DNA of 64,000 bases from Berkelbacteria bacterium GW2011_GWE1_39_12 (GCA_001029735.1 CP011213.1:140087-204086), one strand, 5' to 3'. Shown: positions 51,523-63,032, counted from the first letter of the stretch. Notes: generated by a model from the sequence alone, not told the origin. Made by a program: numbers and translations.

Positions 51523-52040
51523 TTTAATAACTCTTCTATCGCTTTTTTAAAATTATTTATTACATCTTTCGCCATATAATCCATTAATTGATACTCCGCA
51601 TTGTGCACTATTTCATTTCTGACTTTGTGCGCTTTCCAAGCTGCGTCATAACCCTCTGGACTGAATCGATTTTTAGACGCTTTCAAGCGATCCCCCATCG
51701 TTAAGCCCGGTGCTCTAAAACTTTTTAAAACATGGTCTAATAATTTATCACCCTCCAAAACTGCACGGGAAAAATTCGATTGGCCACCAAGCTGTAGCAA
51801 TTGATCCATTTCTGCGTATTTTTCTTTTACAAAAGCTTGATCTAATGATGTCGCTGCTTGGCCTTGGTGAAACTTTCTTTTGCCAAATAATAATCTAAAC
51901 GGCAAAGAAATTAACCACCACAAGCCTTTCAAAAAGCCTTCGATAACTTTCTGTTCCGTAGATTTTTCACTTCTATAATTATTTCTATAATTTTTATTGT
52001 TATTATAATTGTTATTGTATTTGTGCACGCGGTAACTCAT
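51519..52040 (-). CDS. Hypothetical protein with HEPN-like RxxxxH motif
   Basis: AVLEGDKLLD...TMGDRLK...HKVRNEIVH; Asn-rich N-terminus and a hydrophobic/amphipathic helix; coupled to gatA and gatB. Confidence 0.65.
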   Translation of the reverse strand: MSYRVHKYNNNYNNNKNYRNNYRSEKSTEQKVIEGFLKGLWWLISLPFRLLFGKRKFHQGQAATSLDQAFVKEKYAEMDQLLQLGGQSNFSRAVLEGDKLLDHVLKSFRAPGLTMGDRLKASKNRFSPEGYDAAWKAHKVRNEIVHNAEYQLMDYMAKDVINNFKKAIEELLK

Positions 52041-53463
52041 TTCTGTTACTTTCAAAAGTATTAGCCAACTGTAAAATATCTAAATCAGACATCTGTGGGC
52101 CAATGACTTGCAAGCCAACTGGCAAGCCGTTTACTAAGCCAGCTGGAACACTCATTGCCGGAATACCAGCTAAGTTCACACTAATTGTATAGATGTCCGA
52201 CAAATACATCGCTAATGGATCATCTGATTTTTCACCGATTTTAAAAGCGGTAGTTGGCGAAACTGGACCCAAAATAAAATCCACTTCTTTAAATGCGTTA
52301 TCAAAATCTTGTTTAATTAAGCTGCGGACTTTCTGAGCTTTATTATAAAATTTGCCGATATAACCAGCGCTGGAAGTATATGTTCCAAGCATAATTCGGC
52401 GCTTCACTTCTTCGCCCAAAGCTTCGGATCGACTTTTGAAGTATGTATCGATTAAGTTTTCGGCATCTTTTGCCGAAAACCCGTATTTAATGCCGTCATA
52501 ACGAGCCATATTCGAAGAAACTTCCACTGGCATAATTATATAGTAGCAAGAAAGAGCGTATTTGGCGTTCGGTAAACTAATATCAACAATTTCTGCACCA
52601 AGTTTCTTTAGGCTTTCGACTGATTCATCAATAATTTTTTTAACTTCAGGATTCAATCCTTCAGCAAAATATTCCTTTGGAATTCCGATTCTGAGATCGT
52701 TAATATTTTTATTATTGGCAGTTAGTTCTTTTTCCAAACTGGTACTATCTTTTTCATCGTAGCCATTAATAATGCCAAATAACAATTTTGCATCTTCGGC
52801 GGTTTTTGTGATTGGCCCAATTTGATCCAGCGATGAAGCCATAGCAAATAAGCCAAAACGACTCACTGTGCCATAAGTTGGCTTCAAACCGTTTACACCA
52901 CAAAGCGATGCTGGTTGGCGAATTGAGCCGCCAGTGTCAGAACCTAGCGCAGCCAAACAAAGATCAGCCGCCACAGCGGCAGCAGAACCACCACTTGAAC
53001 CACCAGGCACTCTTTCTGAATCCCATGGATTTTTAGTAACTTGAAAAGCGGAATTTTCCGTTGAAGAACCCATGGCAAATTCGTCCATGTTGGTTTTACC
53101 TAATATAATCACGCCGGCATTTTTAAGTTTACTGATAACAGTAGCATTGTATGGTGGCAAAAAATTTTCTAAAATTTTACTAGCCGATGCTGTCTTTTCC
53201 CCCTCCATCGCTAAATTATCTTTCACAGCAATTGGACAGCCATCTATTTCGCTTAGTGTTGCCCCATTTCTTCTACGCTCATCTGATTCTTTTGCTTCCT
53301 TCAAAGCAGTATCGGTAAAAACCTCTAAATATGCATCAATTTTTGGATTAATATTTTCAATTCGTCTTAAAAAAGCTTCCGTCAATTCAACGGAAGTAAT
53401 TTCTTCGTTTTTCAATAAGTCAGATGCTTCTAATAAGGTTAATTGATAGAGTTCTTTAGACAT
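52012..53463 (-). CDS. gatA: Asp/Glu-tRNA amidotransferase subunit A
   Basis: GKTNMDEFAMGSS, PGGSSGGS, GSDTGGSIRQPA. Confidence 0.98.
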   Translation of the reverse strand: MSKELYQLTLLEASDLLKNEEITSVELTEAFLRRIENINPKIDAYLEVFTDTALKEAKESDERRRNGATLSEIDGCPIAVKDNLAMEGEKTASASKILENFLPPYNATVISKLKNAGVIILGKTNMDEFAMGSSTENSAFQVTKNPWDSERVPGGSSGGSAAAVAADLCLAALGSDTGGSIRQPASLCGVNGLKPTYGTVSRFGLFAMASSLDQIGPITKTAEDAKLLFGIINGYDEKDSTSLEKELTANNKNINDLRIGIPKEYFAEGLNPEVKKIIDESVESLKKLGAEIVDISLPNAKYALSCYYIIMPVEVSSNMARYDGIKYGFSAKDAENLIDTYFKSRSEALGEEVKRRIMLGTYTSSAGYIGKFYNKAQKVRSLIKQDFDNAFKEVDFILGPVSPTTAFKIGEKSDDPLAMYLSDIYTISVNLAGIPAMSVPAGLVNGLPVGLQVIGPQMSDLDILQLANTFESNRNELPRAQIQ

Positions 53464-53749
53464 TTTCAAAAACTTTCCTTACTTTAATGAAGCCGTCGTG
53501 TTTTTCCGGCGCATTTAACAATACTTTTTCATTCGGTAAGCTCTCTGCAACTTCGTCGATTCTGGCAATATTTTTAAGCCCTGAAATTTGTGAAATTGTT
53601 TCAACATTTTCCGTCGGAGCTGTCTCTAGTTCATCGACATAATCCAAAATGGCCGATATTTCTTCGGTAAATTTTTCTTTTTTCTCGTCAGTAAATTCAA
53701 TTCTTGATAGTTGAGCAATATGCTCAACATCTTCTTTTTTTAAAGACAA
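53456..53749 (-). CDS. gatC: Asp/Glu-tRNA amidotransferase subunit C
   Basis: EDVEHIAQLSRI, ILDYVDEL, NAP; start re-placed at TTG 53749. Confidence 0.9.
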   Translation of the reverse strand: MSLKKEDVEHIAQLSRIEFTDEKKEKFTEEISAILDYVDELETAPTENVETISQISGLKNIARIDEVAESLPNEKVLLNAPEKHDGFIKVRKVFENV

Positions 53750-53920
53750 ATCTTCCTCTTTATTAATATCTTTTGTCCTTTCGATTAATATCTTATCATA
53801 TCGCATAACTCCAATCAACAACAGATAAGATATTGACACTTGAGCAAATTATTGTTATGATATATTTTTGCACTGAATCCCGTGTAAGAAAAAGACCACA
53901 AATCAAGGAGGAATTTCAGT

Positions 53921-54325
53921 TTGACAGCAATGACAGCTAACGGGACCATGGCAGTAGAGATATCAACAGCTTTTCCGATCAGCATTACACTTTCGACCGA
54001 TCTCATCGATGGAATACGTGTCATCAATGTCGGTGGAGAGGTCGACGTTTACACGGCACAAAGCTTGATTGAACTAATCCAACAAGAGATCGCTGATGGT
54101 CAACATAGGCTGATCTTGGATCTCAGTGGCATTGATTTCATCGACGTCCATGGATTAGGCACTATAACAGGAATCTACAAACGACTTCAAGAACACAACG
54201 GACAGCTTCGCCTTGCAGGGATAACTCCGCGACTGCAGCGGATATTTGAAGTGATCGGCCTCGATAAGATTTTTGTTTGCCTACCGGATGTCCACGCAGC
54301 AGCATCACATCTATTGGCTAACTGA
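53921..54325 (+). CDS. STAS-domain anti-anti-sigma-factor-like protein
   Basis: GEVDVYTA, LILDLSGIDFIDVHGLG, RIFEVIGL; promoter TTGACA-17-TATGAT at 53833-53861. Confidence 0.88.
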   Translation: MTAMTANGTMAVEISTAFPISITLSTDLIDGIRVINVGGEVDVYTAQSLIELIQQEIADGQHRLILDLSGIDFIDVHGLGTITGIYKRLQEHNGQLRLAGITPRLQRIFEVIGLDKIFVCLPDVHAAASHLLAN

Positions 54326-54349
54326 CAGCTTGTATTGAAGGAGTCATAA

Positions 54350-54718
54350 ATGAAGTTAGGGACACGCACGATTGGAGAAGGTATTTGCGTAATCGATGTG
54401 AGCGGCGAAATTGATGTTTATACCTCTCCACGGCTCAAACAACAGATTAACGGTTGTTTTAATAACCGTCAGTACAGAATCGTCGTAAATTTAACCGAAG
54501 CTGAATACTTGGACGCCTCGGCCCTCGGAATACTGATTAGTGGACTTAAAGGGTGTAGAGAACAAAACGGTACGCTCTTGCTGATCTGCCCCAAACCAAG
54601 AGTCTTGAAGATCTTCGAAATTACTGGTTTGAATAAGATCTTCGAAATTTTTCTGACAACCGAAGAAGCGCTCGAAAAAATCGGCGCAACCGAACAAGCT
54701 TCCCCAGCACCCGCCTAA
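54350..54718 (+). CDS. STAS-domain anti-anti-sigma-factor-like protein
   Basis: GEIDVYTSPRLK, YLDASALG, KIFEITGL; terminator CCCGCC/GGCGGG-T tract. Confidence 0.9.
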   Translation: MKLGTRTIGEGICVIDVSGEIDVYTSPRLKQQINGCFNNRQYRIVVNLTEAEYLDASALGILISGLKGCREQNGTLLLICPKPRVLKIFEITGLNKIFEIFLTTEEALEKIGATEQASPAPA

Positions 54719-54795
54719 TTATTATGGCGGGTTTTTTAATTGACTTTTATCTTAAAAAGAACTATAATTTTTCTGTATTTCGCAGGAGGTGCACC

Positions 54796-55617
54796 TTGAA
54801 AGATAAGAAAAAGAAAAGAAGATACTTTCCGATCCTTAGGGCAGTGGATATTTTCCACTGGATCAGCGTTGGTATTTTTCCATTCGAACAAGTCGGAGAT
54901 TCCACTATCATCTCTTTGACCGCTGGTAAAACAGTTAGACAAACATGGCTTCACCGAACAAAGGGTGGCAGAATTATCAAGAAAAGCTACTCTCGTTATC
55001 TAAAAAAGGGGATCTTTTTATCCCCTGTCTGGAAACGTGTTCATGATTGGGAAACCCAGTTTTACAAGGAAAACGGCATAGCGCTAGATTCCATCGGTAT
55101 CTTTTTCTTCCGTGATCACTACAGCCGGCTTTGCTATAACCGTGTGAATAGTTTAGATGCGGCCCAAAGACAACAAGGCCACATAGCCGAATGGTATTTG
55201 ACAGGCACTAAGTTCCAAGTGTCTGAATTTACCGATATGGCTGCCATCATCGATAAGGTTACAAATATTGTAGCTATTTCCGAAGATCGACAGATAGAGC
55301 TGACGAGTTTACAGCTATTTCTTGAACATCGCCTGGAAGGTCACCGGCGTCGACTCCAATCCTTCGTTGATCACTCGCCTTTCTTTCAAGGCAAGCAAAC
55401 TGAGATGGCCAAGGGCGCAATTGGCAATTCCCTGCTTCAAATCGCGGCTGACATCAATCAGTTCAATTTCCGGAACGCATACCCAAGACTTAAAGTGGCT
55501 AACCGCGCACTGAAAAAGGCCTACGGCAATATGTATGCCGGTCATTACGATTCAGCCAAAGTGCTGATCCTCGGCGCTATCAAATACATGATCTATCCAG
55601 ATCCAACACCAGGTTAA
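54796..55617 (+). CDS. Hypothetical protein (orphan)
   Basis: TTGACT-17-TATAAT (54740-54768), SD AGGAGGT before TTG 54796, terminator ACCAGG/CCTGGT. Confidence 0.7.
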   Translation: MKDKKKKRRYFPILRAVDIFHWISVGIFPFEQVGDSTIISLTAGKTVRQTWLHRTKGGRIIKKSYSRYLKKGIFLSPVWKRVHDWETQFYKENGIALDSIGIFFFRDHYSRLCYNRVNSLDAAQRQQGHIAEWYLTGTKFQVSEFTDMAAIIDKVTNIVAISEDRQIELTSLQLFLEHRLEGHRRRLQSFVDHSPFFQGKQTEMAKGAIGNSLLQIAADINQFNFRNAYPRLKVANRALKKAYGNMYAGHYDSAKVLILGAIKYMIYPDPTPG

Positions 55618-55634
55618 CACCTGGTTTTTTAGTA

Positions 55635-57650
<2,016 letters not shown>

Positions 57651-57725
57651 TTAATTTTAACCCTTAAAATCAAAAAAATCCATATTGCTTGTTTAAAAAA
57701 CCGTAGAAATAATCTACGGTTAAAA

Positions 57726-57866
57726 TTAGTCGTAAGTCGGATTGATAATATGCTCGACATCGGTAGTACCGGAAAAATTCGCGATTACGCGAGCCATCAT
57801 CGGTATTTCTGGCGACTCGCCTTTCTCTGGCTGGTCTTCTGTCTCTACTTTCTTAGGCTCTTCCAT
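57726..57866 (-). CDS. 46-aa small ORF not in the ORF track
   Basis: SD GGAAGGTGA; MEEPKKVETEDQPEKGESPEIPMMARVIANFSGTTDVEHIINPTYD; terminator AACCGTAGA/TCTACGGTT directly after. Confidence 0.6.
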   Translation of the reverse strand: MEEPKKVETEDQPEKGESPEIPMMARVIANFSGTTDVEHIINPTYD

Positions 57867-57942
57867 GATCACCTTCCAGCAGAAAATGAATCAGAAGTAA
57901 AAAGTTGCGGGCGCAATGACACACGCCCGCGACTGATTCGCA

Positions 57943-58215
57943 TCACGTGATTTCAGCTCGTCTTGAGCCGTGAAAGATCCTATCGTACAAACAGGCAACC
58001 TTCTCCCACAACGACATTTCTGGCGGTGTATACTTCTTGTCGCCCTTGTTGTCGAAATAATGCTGAAGGTCACGAAGCAAGCTGACTTTCTGTTCTTCAT
58101 TCAGATCTTTTGTGCGTCGAACGTGGGCCGCGTAGAGATGCTGCTGAATAATATCAATCGCCTCGTTTGCCGTTTGCTGATTCACATCAGGAGCTGCTTG
58201 ATACATTTTCCTCAT
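57943..58215 (-). CDS. Hypothetical protein
   Basis: 90 aa, ATGA overlap with the upstream ORF. Confidence 0.55.
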   Translation of the reverse strand: MRKMYQAAPDVNQQTANEAIDIIQQHLYAAHVRRTKDLNEEQKVSLLRDLQHYFDNKGDKKYTPPEMSLWEKVACLYDRIFHGSRRAEIT

Positions 58216-58463
58216 GTGACGGCCGTAAGATCGCTAACCATATTGATCCGCTGCTGTGGACACAGGCCATTCGGACCCAGATCATGGCCTTGATAGATAG
58301 ATTCATAATCCAAGTGCCGATCTATCACCTTGGCCATCTCTTGCGCCTTAGCGGCCAGCGTATCCCAGTCAGGCACAACCGGAAGACCCGGAATCTCTAT
58401 TGTCCGACTTTCCGGTAATCCGATGACACCTAAGTTGGAGTTTTTTTTCTTGGCAACGACCAT
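58212..58463 (-). CDS. Hypothetical protein
   Basis: 83 aa, SD GGAGG. Confidence 0.55.
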   Translation of the reverse strand: MVVAKKKNSNLGVIGLPESRTIEIPGLPVVPDWDTLAAKAQEMAKVIDRHLDYESIYQGHDLGPNGLCPQQRINMVSDLTAVT

Positions 58464-58638
58464 CCGCTTCGCCTCCGTTCTCTATCAGAATAAAAACAAT
58501 TTAAACGGACAGATAAATCACCTGCCTTTCCTCCTCGGCAAACATATCAATATTATACTAGATAACAACACATATATCACTAATCTCGTCAATTGTCAAT
58601 GATCCATCTCGTCCAAGACATGATTTTAGAGTTCTAGA

Positions 58639-59526
58639 TCAAACATTCATTTCATCAAGTTTTTTGATTCGATCAGAGATCGGTGGATGAGTCGAAAAAA
58701 GACCAGCAACCTTCTTCTTAAAAGGGTCTGATATATACAAATGAGATGTGGCTCGGTTAGCGCGCTTAATAGGTGTTTTGTATTGAGAAATTTTTTCCAA
58801 TGCGCTCGCTAAGCCTTTTGGATATCGCGTTAGTAATGCACCAGAGGCATCTGCTAAATATTCTCGCTTACGTGAAATTGCCAGTTGGATTAAAGTTGCC
58901 GCCAATGGTGCCAAAATGGCTAAAGCAATCGCAACTATCATAAGAATCAGCTGCGCTTGATTATTATTGTTATCATTATTTCTTCGTCCCCCGCCCCACC
59001 ACATCCAGCGCAAGGCAAAGTCAGAGATCAATGCGACTACTCCCACCAATACAACAACTATAGTCATCAAGCGGATATCATAATTACCGACATGTGATAG
59101 TTCGTGGGCAATCACACCTTCGAGTTCGTTTTTTTCCAGTATGTCTAGTAATCCGGTAGTTACTGCGATTGACGCATGCTTAGGATCTCTACCGGTGGCA
59201 AATGCGTTTGGCGACGGATCATTAATAATATAAATTTTTGGTTTTTGAATACCGGCTGTGATACTTAAATTTTCCACAATTCGATGGAGCTCTAAAAAAG
59301 GTCCCTCACGAGGCGCCTCCTTGGCACCAGAAACTGCCAAAGAGATGGAATCTGAAAAGTAGTAAGAAACCAGGGACTGAACAATTGCGACTAATACTGC
59401 AATCACCAATATTAGATAATTATTGAAATACAAAGACAAGACATATCCCACGCCAATCACAAAGATTAGGAATATTGTCATCAATAAAACGGTTTTTCTT
59501 TTATTTGAATCAATTTCTTTATACAT
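58639..59526 (-). CDS. htpX: Zinc metalloprotease HtpX
   Basis: PNAFATG, HELSH, SRKREYLAD, STHPP. Confidence 0.95.
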   Translation of the reverse strand: MYKEIDSNKRKTVLLMTIFLIFVIGVGYVLSLYFNNYLILVIAVLVAIVQSLVSYYFSDSISLAVSGAKEAPREGPFLELHRIVENLSITAGIQKPKIYIINDPSPNAFATGRDPKHASIAVTTGLLDILEKNELEGVIAHELSHVGNYDIRLMTIVVVLVGVVALISDFALRWMWWGGGRRNNDNNNNQAQLILMIVAIALAILAPLAATLIQLAISRKREYLADASGALLTRYPKGLASALEKISQYKTPIKRANRATSHLYISDPFKKKVAGLFSTHPPISDRIKKLDEMNV

Positions 59527-59550
59527 CAAAGAAATTGTATCACATTATTT

Positions 59551-59958
59551 CTATTTTGTCGTCGAAGCGCTAGTTGTTTGATTATTTACAAATTTACTAA
59601 TGGCATCGTTAATTTTTGAACTGTCTGTTAAATTTTGAAAAAAGATTATTTGATCTCTATTAACGAACATAGTATTTTGTGGTTGATGCAATTCATTTCC
59701 CATTTTGACTAAAACAATCTTTTTGTTAACATCTGAAGAAGTTAAGTCGTTCGTTTTTAAATAATAAACGTCTGAAAGTTTTACGACCTGTCCTTTAGGA
59801 TTTGCAACGTAGCCGAAATAAACTTGTCCATTGCTCATAAAAACCGCTTGCCTAACATTGGATGGTCTTTTTACCATATAAAATTTGTAGCTAAAAAAAC
59901 CGACCCCAAAAACCAAGATAACAATTGCAATAATCGCAATTACTTTTTTACTTTTCAT
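59551..59958 (-). CDS. Membrane-anchored protein of the QAVFxxNGQVYFG family (possibly Sm-like fold)
   Basis: TM then QAVFMSNGQVYFG, DVYYL, LVKMGNELH, NRDQI. Confidence 0.75.
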   Translation of the reverse strand: MKSKKVIAIIAIVILVFGVGFFSYKFYMVKRPSNVRQAVFMSNGQVYFGYVANPKGQVVKLSDVYYLKTNDLTSSDVNKKIVLVKMGNELHQPQNTMFVNRDQIIFFQNLTDSSKINDAISKFVNNQTTSASTTK

Positions 59959-60191
59959 TTTTCCTTTCTTTAAGCTTTGTTACTACATTTATACATGATG
60001 AGCTTTCTTGTTAGTTTGTTTTTTATCACAAAAAAAACAATAGCCAGATGAGTTTTTTTGTTTGGTTGAATATTTTTTTAGATCAGTCAATCAAAGATAA
60101 TTCAGTTGCATTCATAAACAAGGATGGCGTATCTGCCAGTCGGCGGAGTCGGTCGATGCCCTCCATAAATTAATTATGAGAAAGGAAGAAG

Positions 60192-61067
60192 ATGAATAAA
60201 ATAATCGTTATGCGCAATACTTTAAGAACAATGGTGGCTAGTTCAGCCCTATTGGCTACTTTAGTTGGTGGTGCTGCCTATGCCCAAGTTGATATTTCCT
60301 CAATCAATGGCACTACCGGTCCATGGTCTGAAAACAAAAGTATCTGGGATATTGACCATGATATCGATATCGATATTACAAATGACAGCGAGATTAAAAA
60401 CGATCAGGATATTGACGCAGAGACTGGCCGCAATGAAGTTGAACATAATACAAGCGTTAGCGATTTCACCACAGGTGATATCGACGGCGATATTTATGTC
60501 TCCAATGAATTAGGTGGAAGCGATTTTATCGTTTCAGGAAGTGATTTAGGTTTTGGCGATGTCTCAATAGACTTAGCCAACGGCTGCACTGGACCAAATT
60601 CAGAAAATGAAAATATCGTAGACATAGATAATGATATAGATTTAGACTTCAGAAATTACGTCACCATCCATAATGATTTGGATGCAGATTTGAATACTGG
60701 CGACAACGAAGTTGAACATAATACTGTTGTTGGCGATTTTTCAACTGGTGATATTGATTTTTCTGCCACCACGGAAAACCGAGTTAACAACAACCTTGGT
60801 AATTTAGACCTTGGAAACTTAGTTGGTGGAAATGAAGTCAGTGGCGAAATGAGAAATACCTTAACCGGTCCTAATTCTGAAAACAAAAATCTACTAGATA
60901 TTGAAAATGATATCGATTTAGATGTAACCAACCACACAACCATCCACAATGACACCGATATTGATGCCAATACCGGTAACAACGAGATTGAAAATAACAC
61001 ATGTGTCGGCGACATATCGACTGGCTCTGTCAGCATCGACGTCAGCACAATGAACATCGCTAATTAA
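60192..61067 (+). CDS. Secreted Asp/Asn-rich protein made of three ~91-aa repeats
   Basis: Signal peptide ending AYA; 3 x TGP(N/W)SEN...DIDNDIDLD...TGxNEVEHNT...TG(D/S). Confidence 0.85.
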   Translation: MNKIIVMRNTLRTMVASSALLATLVGGAAYAQVDISSINGTTGPWSENKSIWDIDHDIDIDITNDSEIKNDQDIDAETGRNEVEHNTSVSDFTTGDIDGDIYVSNELGGSDFIVSGSDLGFGDVSIDLANGCTGPNSENENIVDIDNDIDLDFRNYVTIHNDLDADLNTGDNEVEHNTVVGDFSTGDIDFSATTENRVNNNLGNLDLGNLVGGNEVSGEMRNTLTGPNSENKNLLDIENDIDLDVTNHTTIHNDTDIDANTGNNEIENNTCVGDISTGSVSIDVSTMNIAN

Positions 61068-61097
61068 TTTTAGCTATTTACCATCTTAGGTAATTGG

Positions 61098-61135
61098 TGT
61101 GGACTTAGGCTCCTCTAAAGAGGCTAGGTCCCACA
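61098..61135 (+). promoter_or_regulatory. Intercistronic stem-loop without U tract
   Basis: TGTGG-ACTTAG..CCTC-TAAA-GAGG-CTAGGT-CCACA. Confidence 0.55.
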
Positions 61136-61158
61136 AGTAACTTAAATAGGAAGGTATA

Positions 61159-63003
61159 ATGACTACTTTACAAAAATTTTTTAGAAAATCTGCGCTCGCT
61201 TTATTTATCATCTCTTTTGCGTTTTTTAGCACTTTTGCAGCTAGTGCCGCTGGACCGATAGAACCAACAGGGCCACAACAACCAGTTGGGGTTCAGGGTG
61301 AAACCGGACCACAGGAACCGACCGGGAATTATGATGCTTCTCAGGTTGATGCAAGCACTCCGGTCACAACTGATGCTGACACCTTAACAGAAGTTGCTTC
61401 ACCAGAAAATACTTCTATTATTCAACAAGAAAGTACGACGGGGCAAGATTCTACCAATCTTTCAGATAAAAACGGAGCTTCGTCATCTGATATCGATGTA
61501 GAAAATAACAGCACAATCGACAATGATTCAAATGCTGATTTAAATACTGGCAAAAATACAGTTGGTCAAAATTCCGTCGTAGGTAATATTAGTACCGGAG
61601 ATATAAATGGCAGTGAAACAATCGTCGATATTTCTAATAGTGTTTTCGCACCAGGAAGTTCTATCGGCAGTCAAACAATCAACGCTAATGGTGTTAACGA
61701 AATTAGCCTCCTGCCAAGTGATCAGCGCGTTCTATTTGAAAATTCCGTCACTGGCCCGGACTCTCTAAATACTAATAGTTTAAATAATAATAATGATATT
61801 CAGGTCGTCGATAAAAATTCAGCCGAGCATGATAACGATATATATATCGACGCCAACACTGGCGAAAACAATATTTACAACAATACTAAAACAGGTAATT
61901 TAACCACAGGCAATATTAACCTAGGTGTAAATCTGTTAAATTTGGCAAATTTACAATTGCCTAATCTACTATTAAATGCCGATGTTTGGAATATCCTCGG
62001 TGATTTAAATGGTGACATTGTTGTTGACCAGTCACTTGCTAACAATGCCACGGGGCCAAATTCATTAAACAGCAACTACATTAACGCTTACAATAAATAC
62101 TATTTACAAGTTATCCAAAATGCCAATTTAAGAAATCAGCTCAATTTTAACACCAATACTGGCAACAATACTTTAGCTAACAACACCGTGAGCGGCGGTC
62201 TTCAAACCGGTGATACTAATATAAATAGTAAAATATACAATCTTACAAATATCGCCGAATTGCCGGTCTACTATATATTCAACATTTATGGGACATGGGA
62301 TGGTAATTTACTTGGGATCGATCCCTCAAAAGTTTATATAAACTTAGTCAATGACACGACCGGGCCAGATTCTGTAAATGAAAATAATCTTGACTCAAAC
62401 AACACTACTGATGCCCTAATGGTAAATAATGCCTCCGTCGACAATAAAATAAATATTGACGCAAATACCGGTAATAATAAAATCGGAAACAACACGGTTG
62501 TTGGAGCTGTAAAAACTGGCTCAATTAATATCTCCACTAACGTTGTGAACTTTATTAATGCTGTTAGTAACAACGTTGGTAAGTTCACGCTAGGGATTAT
62601 CAATATTTTTGGCAACTGGCACGGAAATATTAAAACACCTGATTACCAAGAAACAGCAAGTCTTCCAACCGAAGAGATATCTGAGCCTGAGCAAATTTCA
62701 TCAATTATCGATAACAATAACTTAGATATTCAGCCAACCGAACAACATAGTTTTACTGACAAATCAAAGACAAAATATGCATTTTCTTCCACAACTAACG
62801 ATAATTTACCAGATAATTTTTCAGGCGCCACCAATAATTCCACAGGTGATAATAAATCTGAAGCCGCGGGTATTTCAAAAGATGCCAAAGGCTTACCGAT
62901 TATTCCAATAGCAGTCGGCGTAGCCATTATATTAATTCTTTGCGGCTGGATTTTAACTGAAATCATTTCGTCTAATCAACTTAAAGCAAAAACAAATAAC
63001 TAA
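61159..63003 (+). CDS. Secreted, C-terminally anchored Asn-rich protein with four repeats of the same family
   Basis: Signal peptide, GPxxPx hexapeptides, 4 x TG(P/Q)xSxN...NTGxN...TG, NIxGxWxGN linkers, S/T/N stalk, C-terminal TM. Confidence 0.85.
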   Translation: MTTLQKFFRKSALALFIISFAFFSTFAASAAGPIEPTGPQQPVGVQGETGPQEPTGNYDASQVDASTPVTTDADTLTEVASPENTSIIQQESTTGQDSTNLSDKNGASSSDIDVENNSTIDNDSNADLNTGKNTVGQNSVVGNISTGDINGSETIVDISNSVFAPGSSIGSQTINANGVNEISLLPSDQRVLFENSVTGPDSLNTNSLNNNNDIQVVDKNSAEHDNDIYIDANTGENNIYNNTKTGNLTTGNINLGVNLLNLANLQLPNLLLNADVWNILGDLNGDIVVDQSLANNATGPNSLNSNYINAYNKYYLQVIQNANLRNQLNFNTNTGNNTLANNTVSGGLQTGDTNINSKIYNLTNIAELPVYYIFNIYGTWDGNLLGIDPSKVYINLVNDTTGPDSVNENNLDSNNTTDALMVNNASVDNKINIDANTGNNKIGNNTVVGAVKTGSINISTNVVNFINAVSNNVGKFTLGIINIFGNWHGNIKTPDYQETASLPTEEISEPEQISSIIDNNNLDIQPTEQHSFTDKSKTKYAFSSTTNDNLPDNFSGATNNSTGDNKSEAAGISKDAKGLPIIPIAVGVAIILILCGWILTEIISSNQLKAKTNN

Positions 63004-63032
63004 TGCTTCTTTCACGTGAGGAGGTGATTGAA

